From: a virus
Strand: one strand, 5' to 3'
IMG/VR virus record: IMGVR_UViG_3300045988_160612
Location: 1-53,202 of that record
Length of the DNA: 53,202 nucleotides
The notes beneath the pieces were generated by a model. That model worked only from the letters and a program-made list of their open reading frames with translations. It was not told the origin of the DNA and ran no database searches. Shown here piece by piece: positions 47,664-53,202 of this stretch. The position numbers and the translations under genes were made by a program. How positions within the stretch are numbered: the stretch's first letter is position 1; each line of letters opens with the position of its first letter.

Positions 47664-48143
47664 TTAATTTTCAAAGTCCCACACAAATTTTCTAAGTTGT
47701 ATACCTGCCTCATTCAACAAATTATCTGCCAACTGAGATGGGTAAAAATCATCATATATAACTACAGATATTCCAGCATTAATAATCAGCTTTGCGCATT
47801 CTGCACATGGTTTATGTGTACAGTACATAATTGTATCTTTGCAGCTGATTCCCAACGCTGCTGCCTGTAAAATAGCATTTGCTTCGGCGTGTACAGCTAA
47901 ACACTCATCATGCCCTTGACCATGACCAAAGCCCAGCTGTCTTTTCCGACAAAAACCATAATCATATGCGCAATTTTTAATGCCCTTAGGAGCACCAGAA
48001 TACCCTGTAGCAATTATTCTTTTATCTTTTATGATAACAGCACCTTTATGTGCAGATAAGCAGGTACTTCTTTCGGAAGCTGCGTATGCTATTTTCATAA
48101 AATATTCGTCCCATGAAATTCTACTCTTCTTCTTTGATTCCAT
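47664..48143 (-). CDS. dCMP deaminase (ComEB / T4 Cd-like).
   Basis: The zinc motifs HAEANAI and PCAECAKLI are present, and the N-terminus is WDEYFM. Confidence 0.9.
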   Translation of the reverse strand: MESKKKSRISWDEYFMKIAYAASERSTCLSAHKGAVIIKDKRIIATGYSGAPKGIKNCAYDYGFCRKRQLGFGHGQGHDECLAVHAEANAILQAAALGISCKDTIMYCTHKPCAECAKLIINAGISVVIYDDFYPSQLADNLLNEAGIQLRKFVWDFEN

Positions 48144-48447
48144 TTACCGATTCCTCTTTTTCTTTTATCTCATCTAATTGGTCACCAATATTGGCCAAAA
48201 TATGATAATACTGAATATTATACTGCTGCAAAAATGGCTTTAATTTAAATATTAGCTGCTGTTGTTCCAGCAAAACTTCCTTTTTATTTTTAAATTTTTC
48301 GAACATTCCATATGTGTAAATAGTAGTCAGATATTTTTTACCACATTTAGGACACTGAATATACCTTACAACGACATTAGACCGAAGCGGTAACGTTTTT
48401 TTGACTTCTAACATTAAATAAGCTTCCACAACCGTCTTCTGCATCAC
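48121..48447 (-). CDS. Hypothetical protein.
   Basis: 108 aa containing CPKCGKK. Confidence 0.5.
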   Translation of the reverse strand: MMQKTVVEAYLMLEVKKTLPLRSNVVVRYIQCPKCGKKYLTTIYTYGMFEKFKNKKEVLLEQQQLIFKLKPFLQQYNIQYYHILANIGDQLDEIKEKEESVNGIKEEE

Positions 48448-48479
48448 ATTTAACTCTTACTATCTTTGCCCGCCTTGCT

Positions 48480-48842
48480 TTACTCTTCATTTTCTTCTTC
48501 TCCCTCTATATCAATTTCTGCTATCAAAGCAACCTTAAACACATCTGTAGAAATTATCTTTGAGATGTTTTCAAGCTCAACATAATCTATCTGGGAGTTA
48601 AATTTTATCTTACCTGCTCCATCATGGTCTACATTGATACTATTAACCATGAATGACCCTAACTTAATTTTTTCATTATCAATTATGGCAATAATTGTAA
48701 CATCTTCATTCAACATCTGAATAGCCTGAATATATTTAGTTATTGTATCATATGTAAACTTCAAAGTTAGGGAGATATTCTTTGCCTGATTTACATTATG
48801 ACCGCCATAAGAAGCTACTGTTTTAATGCTTATTTTTTTCAT
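48480..48842 (-). CDS. Hypothetical protein with an acidic C-terminus.
   Basis: The start was set to the internal ATG at 48842 (MKKISIKT...), because the upstream part of the track ORF overlaps the preceding gene. Confidence 0.45.
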   Translation of the reverse strand: MKKISIKTVASYGGHNVNQAKNISLTLKFTYDTITKYIQAIQMLNEDVTIIAIIDNEKIKLGSFMVNSINVDHDGAGKIKFNSQIDYVELENISKIISTDVFKVALIAEIDIEGEEENEE

Positions 48843-49320
48843 TGTACATTTTCTCTCTTTCTTTATAAAATTTATTTCTAGCAGATTTGCTGCCAGTTTT
48901 GACTTTTGGAGTATTTTGCTTGGTCGTTCCAGGAGCCACCAGAAGCCCCTCAGATTCAACTTTGCTTTTAGACAATAATTTATATTTATGATTATGCTTG
49001 ATTCCCCTGGCAATGTCCTGGACATCCTCTGGTCGAATCAATATGTATTCTTCATTAATGCTAAGGAACTGTATCATAAACACGCCAGATTTGTGTGATG
49101 TATCGCAATGATAAAACAGTTTGTGTAAATCCAGCAGATTTATTTTGATACTCTCAGCATCTGTACTTTTTAACTGGCACAATAAAATATCATTCTCGCC
49201 ATCTTCTTTTTCTATCCAACCAGAACCAGAATTTTTAGTAGGATTCAATCCATATTTTTTCATTGTCTCTGATTCATTATTTCTATAAAATTTTCCTGTT
49301 CTTTTCATTTTCAATTTCAA
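48823..49320 (-). CDS. Possible PD-(D/E)XK-type endonuclease (Hjc/RecU-like pattern).
   Basis: GSGWIEKEDGENDILLCQLKST gives a D...Q-x-K pattern. Weak. Confidence 0.35.
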   Translation of the reverse strand: MKLKMKRTGKFYRNNESETMKKYGLNPTKNSGSGWIEKEDGENDILLCQLKSTDAESIKINLLDLHKLFYHCDTSHKSGVFMIQFLSINEEYILIRPEDVQDIARGIKHNHKYKLLSKSKVESEGLLVAPGTTKQNTPKVKTGSKSARNKFYKEREKMYNEKNKH

Positions 49321-49631
49321 TTCCTTTGTTTTGATAATTTTAATGCAAATTCTGCATCTCTGGCTATAATGCCTCTATGTTCTTTTTTCAAGCGTTTATA
49401 CAGGTCAAAACCTGTACCACTCTCAAAATTTTTGAAGGCATAACTGTACATTGTTTTGATTTCCTTGTTTTCCTTTTGCAGCCTTATCAACTGCTGCGCA
49501 TTCATGTCATACACACGGTCAGCCACGATATTATCATCTAAATAATAATACACATATGACTGTACTAAAATCCAGCGTTGTAACATTCTAATTTTATCAG
49601 CTGTACCTAAATATGGATTCTTAAAATTCAT
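49317..49631 (-). CDS. Hypothetical protein.
   Basis: 104 aa. VYYYLDDNIVADRVYDMNAQQL faintly resembles the N-terminal helix of NAD-dependent ligases, which is not enough for a call. Confidence 0.45.
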   Translation of the reverse strand: MNFKNPYLGTADKIRMLQRWILVQSYVYYYLDDNIVADRVYDMNAQQLIRLQKENKEIKTMYSYAFKNFESGTGFDLYKRLKKEHRGIIARDAEFALKLSKQRN

Positions 49632-49708
49632 GTTTTTACCTCAAATATAAATCAACTCAGAGAGACTTTTTATTTGGTTTATTGGTCTCTCTGGGTGTAT
49701 TATTTATG

Positions 49709-50800
49709 TTATGCTATCTGTTTTAATGCAGCTGCATATTTATTATCTTTTGCGTTGTTTGCAAGAAGCTGTATAGTGTCTTTGGTCAGCCCCTTTACAA
49801 CAGCAATTTCAAGGATTTTTGCAAGGTCAAGCTTGTTTTCGAGCTTTGCTATCATTGTAATGCATCTGTAAGAAAATGTAGCTCTTACAAGATTTACCTC
49901 GGCAATATTTCTGATATCTTCTATAAAATTTACAAGCTCCACATTTCCTTTTGCAAGATATAATTCAATGTCCCTATCATAATTGAACTCAATAATTACG
50001 AACCTATCAAGCGTAGCCTGGTCAAGAACCATTCTTCCTGTATAGTTTTCATCTGCTCCTTGACCTACTGTATTACCAGCAGCCACTACCCTAAAGTTTT
50101 CATTTGCATTGATTCTACCATTGGGAAATTCAAAGTAACCATTTGCTATTGCAGCATTCAAAAGGACCAAGACCTCAGGAATGGAAGCATCCATCTCATC
50201 GAGGAAGAACAAACCTCCATTTTTAAATGCCTTATAAAATTCAGTTTCGTGATAAACTCCACCTGCATCTATAAAACCAGTAAGCTTGTATTCCTGCTGA
50301 ACTGAGTTTGTGAAGTAAAACTCTAAGCCCATATCCTTTGCTATCTGCTCCAAAGTGTGATTCTTACCAGAACCGGCAGGACCAGCAAGATAAACAGGAA
50401 CATTGTTTTCAATACAAGTCTTAATAGTCTCATATTCCTTATGGTGTACTTCTCCTTTGGGAATTTCAACCTTAGGAATCTCAATCTCCTGTTCCTCGAT
50501 TTCTTTCTTGATGTCTTCCTTTACAGAACCAGACTTCTTAGAATTGATAAAAGAACTGGACTTCTTAATTCCTTTAGTCTCATACTTAACATTCATGGAA
50601 TCAAAGGTATAGCTTCCATCATCTTCATTATTGAACACAATGTCAATGCCCTCAATAACAGTATGGAAGTTTCCTTCCTTATCAACGTAAGCCTTACGAA
50701 TGTAATTATAAATCTTTTCAGAATTAGGGTACTTAACGTATACCACTACATAATTTCCCTTGTTGGCATCTTCAATTTTAATAACTGTAAACTTTTCCAT
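49709..50800 (-). CDS. AAA+ ATPase (MoxR / CobS / AAA_5-like).
   Basis: Walker A is LAGPAGSGKN, Walker B is GGLFFLDEMD and sensor-1 is VVAAGNT. The N-terminal ~130 aa are unassigned. Confidence 0.8.
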   Translation of the reverse strand: MEKFTVIKIEDANKGNYVVVYVKYPNSEKIYNYIRKAYVDKEGNFHTVIEGIDIVFNNEDDGSYTFDSMNVKYETKGIKKSSSFINSKKSGSVKEDIKKEIEEQEIEIPKVEIPKGEVHHKEYETIKTCIENNVPVYLAGPAGSGKNHTLEQIAKDMGLEFYFTNSVQQEYKLTGFIDAGGVYHETEFYKAFKNGGLFFLDEMDASIPEVLVLLNAAIANGYFEFPNGRINANENFRVVAAGNTVGQGADENYTGRMVLDQATLDRFVIIEFNYDRDIELYLAKGNVELVNFIEDIRNIAEVNLVRATFSYRCITMIAKLENKLDLAKILEIAVVKGLTKDTIQLLANNAKDNKYAAALKQIA

Positions 50801-50858
50801 AATTTTTACCTCCGTAAACTTTTGGTTTTTGTATTTGCATTTGGTTTATGTTTATTAT

Positions 50859-50887
50859 ATTATATACTATATTTTAGCAAAAGTAAA
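50859..50887 (-). promoter_or_regulatory. Sigma-A-type promoter: TTTACT-N17-TATAAT.
   Basis: The minus strand reads TTTACTTTTGCTAAAATATAGTATATAATATAAT. Confidence 0.5.
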
Positions 50888-50891
50888 TAGG

Positions 50892-50930
50892 AAAAGGGCA
50901 AAATTAACAAAAAGTTAATAAAGCCCTTTT
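50892..50930 (-). terminator. Hairpin (8-bp aaaagggc / gccctttt, 23-nt loop) with a U-rich tail.
   Basis: Read directly. It lies just after the stop at 50939. Confidence 0.45.
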
Positions 50931-50938
50931 TTATATTT

Positions 50939-51805
50939 TTATATTTTATTGAATTTTTCTACCTCATCATCTACACTTGATATAAAATTGTGCAGGTATT
51001 TTTCTCCAGGTTTTAAAAATTCCTCTGTAATAATTTCCCTATCGTATATAGTGCTACCAGCACTATTAGCAAAAGTTGTTTTGGGAATATCTGGAATATT
51101 TTCATCAAATGCCACACAAACTCTTGCAGCAAATATTATTCTTCTCAGCATATCTGGGTGAGACAATGCAAATGCTATGACACCCAGATTAAGTTTTTCT
51201 GTGGAGTTTTTTATTCTTACCCGAATTGTTAATACTTGTTTTCCATTTGGTATAATTACTGGAGATATAATATCTAAATTGCATCTAACACCCTGAGATT
51301 CCAATTTCTGAACTATTGCTAAAGCCTTAGCAGAATTATCAATTATAGTATCAGTTGACACGGTGGCTAAAAAACCAATATGTTTAACAACTGTCATTGT
51401 TTTTTGCTTTGTTGGAACTCTCTTGCTATTTATCATATTAGTAGGAATGCCCTGTAAATATCTTGGTACTGAACACTGATAACCAGCTATAGAATACTCT
51501 GGCTTAGTTTTTATAGAATTAGCATTGATATTATATTTTGTGTTAAGAAGATTATTTATGTTTTCTTTTCCCTTTTCCCAGCCTGTTTTTGCAAGCTTAA
51601 CAGCTTCTTCATAATTTTCCGCTAAATTAAAGTTTTGTTTAGGTTTATAATCTGCTATACACTCAAAATTACACTTAAAATCAAAAGAATTTTTTTCAAT
51701 GAATTTGTTTATATAGTTTAATATTTCAGACAAAGAGTTAAAATAAACTATTGTTGCTTTCTCATCATAAAAAGATTTTTTTATTATTTTAATTTCTGTG
51801 TACAT
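50939..51805 (-). CDS. Hypothetical protein (partner of the AAA+ ATPase by position).
   Basis: 288 aa. No MIDAS/vWA motif was seen. Confidence 0.5.
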   Translation of the reverse strand: MYTEIKIIKKSFYDEKATIVYFNSLSEILNYINKFIEKNSFDFKCNFECIADYKPKQNFNLAENYEEAVKLAKTGWEKGKENINNLLNTKYNINANSIKTKPEYSIAGYQCSVPRYLQGIPTNMINSKRVPTKQKTMTVVKHIGFLATVSTDTIIDNSAKALAIVQKLESQGVRCNLDIISPVIIPNGKQVLTIRVRIKNSTEKLNLGVIAFALSHPDMLRRIIFAARVCVAFDENIPDIPKTTFANSAGSTIYDREIITEEFLKPGEKYLHNFISSVDDEVEKFNKI

Positions 51806-51824
51806 AATTATTATTTACCTTCCG

Positions 51825-51860
51825 TAAGATTATTAAGATTATTAAGATTATTAAGATTAT
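51825..51860 (-). repeat. Four perfect tandem copies of a 9-bp unit (taagattat) in a 5' leader.
   Basis: Read directly. They are followed by two copies of ttatttgttttttgta at 51858-73 and 51877-92. Confidence 0.9.
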
Positions 51861-51950
51861 TTGTTTTTTGTATTATTATTTGTTTTTTGTACTGTAGATA
51901 ATTACTTATTACTTATTGTTATGTAATATATATAAGTATTATATAATTAT

Positions 51951-51978
51951 ATTATAATCTAAAATACCGAAAAGTAAA
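51951..51978 (-). promoter_or_regulatory. Sigma-A-type promoter: TTTACT-N16-TATAAT.
   Basis: The minus strand reads TTTACTTTTCGGTATTTTAGATTATAATATAAT. Confidence 0.45.
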
Positions 51979-52034
51979 TAGGTTTAAAGTAAGATTTACA
52001 AAATATTTACATTTGTTAATATAAATATAAAAGA

Positions 52035-52128
52035 TGTACCAGGATAAACCACATTTAACTTTATTATTTAGATATAGTAATTATATTACTCAATATCTTA
52101 AAGTTTATCTGGACTTTATCCTGGTACA
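52035..52128 (-). repeat. CCAGGAT-family long hairpin: 14-bp perfect arms (tgtaccaggataaa / tttatcctggtaca) with nested inner stems.
   Basis: The inner pairs are aacttta/taaagtt, agatat/atatct and agtaat-ata-attact. The apical 16-mer is shared with 2134-2149. Confidence 0.85.
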
Positions 52129-52150
52129 CCAGGGGCATATTATTTGATTA

Positions 52151-52855
52151 TTATTTTTCTTCTTTTAACGTTGTTTGATTTTTCGGGAGATTTCCATATA
52201 ATGCTATACAACAACTATCAGCTGCATCATCATTAAATAAATATTTATCTCCGTTAATTTCAAAGTATTTTTTTATTTTAGTATTTTCTGGGAGTTTTAC
52301 GATAATGTCTTCTTTATGTCCTAAACTACAAACATATTTTATTGTAGGCCATTTCTTTGGGTCAACATAGTAATTATTATTTTGTGGCTTTGATGTGCCT
52401 ACTACTTTAGATTTCCATGCCCTTGTATCTGCTGAATAAATAGGATATGCGTATTTGACAGCACAATCAATTATAACAGCGTTTAATGCTCCTATTGATT
52501 TTATATAGTTAATGTTTAAAAACCCCTCAGAACGTAACCTAATACGCTCTATGACCACTATTATATTATCTGATTTATAGCTCAGATTCTTAAACAGGAC
52601 ATCTAATTTTTCCCTTAAACATTCTCGCTTTTCCGAATTATTTGCAAAATGCTTGAAGTCTATATAGGTTATTTTTTTTATTTGATTATCTGCTATAATT
52701 GTTATTCCTGTTCGTTTATAACTCTGGTCAATTCCTATTGTTATTTTATTATATTTCATTTTCTTTATTTCCTTTCTGCATGGTTTATCATCGCATTCCA
52801 AACAATCAGCGTAAATTGCTATTCCATAAATTGGGCAACGTTTAGACATCATCAA
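52151..52855 (-). CDS. ruvC: RuvC-like Holliday junction resolvase with a Cys-rich N-terminal extension.
   Basis: ITIGIDQSYKRTGITI holds the first catalytic Asp and NDDAADSCCIALYG the C-terminal Asp. The N-terminus is CPIYG...CLECDDKPC. Confidence 0.7.
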   Translation of the reverse strand: MMMSKRCPIYGIAIYADCLECDDKPCRKEIKKMKYNKITIGIDQSYKRTGITIIADNQIKKITYIDFKHFANNSEKRECLREKLDVLFKNLSYKSDNIIVVIERIRLRSEGFLNINYIKSIGALNAVIIDCAVKYAYPIYSADTRAWKSKVVGTSKPQNNNYYVDPKKWPTIKYVCSLGHKEDIIVKLPENTKIKKYFEINGDKYLFNDDAADSCCIALYGNLPKNQTTLKEEK

Positions 52856-53202
52856 CTTTCCTTTCTTGCATCAACATTCCTAATTTATGGGATAAAATTC
52901 TGCCTTGCCAGATATCCATATTATAATAGGGAGTAGTCCAGATTAAACTGTTATCTTTGAAATAATCAATAGTAGGCATTGTTAATGTGTTTGCATGGAT
53001 TATGTACCCAGCTAAACCTAACAAGCTAATTTGTATATAAGACATATGGCAGCAAGTAATATCTATATCTTGACCTACAAAATAAACATGATTCTTATAG
53101 TTTAATCGTTTAAACAAATCATTACATATCTCAGCAGCAGCTATAAGCATTCCACCAGCACCAACACTCGGGTCATTAACGCTAACATATCCTTTGTCAT
53201 GC
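52842..53202 (-). CDS. 3' part of the methyltransferase-like gene that starts at 565 (wraps the junction).
   Basis: The same frame as 1..565 runs through the 119-bp overlap. It contains YFVGQDIDITCCHMSYIQISLLG, and TTPYY stands where NPPY/F is expected. Confidence 0.6.
   Translation of the reverse strand, partial: HDKGYVSVNDPSVGAGGMLIAAAEICNDLFKRLNYKNHVYFVGQDIDITCCHMSYIQISLLGLAGYIIHANTLTMPTIDYFKDNSLIWTTPYYNMDIWQGRILSHKLGMLMQERKVDDV
53084..53202. repeat. Terminal overlap, copy 2 (identical to 1-119).
   Basis: Exact identity, read directly. Confidence 0.95.

Noticed and set aside
51825-51892. CRISPR array.
   Set aside because: The repeats are 9 and 16 bp, directly tandem with no spacers, and AT-rich. 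Nothing in the window resembles a repeat-spacer array.
705-52936. All plus-strand ORFs in the six-frame track (for example 705..920, 2240..2602, 24802..25254, 30212..30628, 50357..50890).
   Set aside because: Each lies antisense inside a longer minus-strand ORF that has recognisable motifs or operon context. Their translations are low-complexity Leu/Phe/Ser/Ile-rich strings typical of the reverse frame of AT-rich genes. I saw no GGAGG-type RBS in front of them.
52842-53150. 102-aa ORF as an independent gene starting at the Met at 53150.
   Set aside because: The frame continues upstream through the terminal overlap into 1..565, where a proper RBS and ATG exist. The 102-aa ORF is the C-terminal fragment created by linearising the circle.

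Overview
The window is a complete, wrap-around-assembled phage genome. Bases 1-119 are identical to 53084-53202, so the unit length is 53083 bp. It is AT-rich, and every credible gene is on the minus strand. The layout is that of a siphovirus of a low-GC Firmicute, probably a Clostridia-type spore former.

Reading the minus strand around the circle:
- Early and replication genes: two promoter-led small-gene operons, DnaG-type primase, gp32-like SSB, DnaE-type polymerase, RecA-like recombinase, Cas4-like nuclease, RuvC, RNase H and dCMP deaminase.
- Packaging: TerS, TerL, portal, and an SPP1 gp7-like head protein fused to an ADP-ribosyltransferase domain.
- Four tRNAs: Gln-UUG, Lys-UUU, Leu-CAA, Leu-UAA.
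- Head and tail morphogenesis: scaffold, decoration-like protein, lambda E-like capsid, major tail protein, chaperone, 1325-aa tape measure, and fibre or receptor-binding paralogs.
- Lysis (holin and GH25 endolysin), a small sigma region-4-like regulator, and a post-lysis cluster of odd Q/N-rich, Cys-rich and C1q-like proteins.

I recognised no integrase, repressor or replicative helicase.

Most notable observations:
1. A textbook-complete type I hammerhead ribozyme sits in an intergenic spacer at 47266-47324.
2. A translationally coupled operon lies directly upstream of the polymerase at 8808-14027. It encodes MazG, a Tmk-like kinase, a radical SAM enzyme, a GT-B glycosyltransferase, a cytidylyltransferase, a ThyA-family enzyme with Asp at the pyrimidine-specificity position, and a GT8-like transferase. 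It looks like a T-even-style 5-hydroxymethylcytosine glycosylation pathway with extra chemistry, that is, a candidate novel DNA hypermodification.
3. Two receiver-less Spo0A C-terminal-domain paralogs are present.
4. Two candidate programmed +1 frameshift sites in tail genes each have an SD-like element just upstream.
5. A family of long intergenic hairpins is built on CCAGGAT/ATCCTGG arms, and a 112-bp promoter-leader-start cassette is duplicated exactly.

All functional calls come from motif reading by eye. No database search was run.
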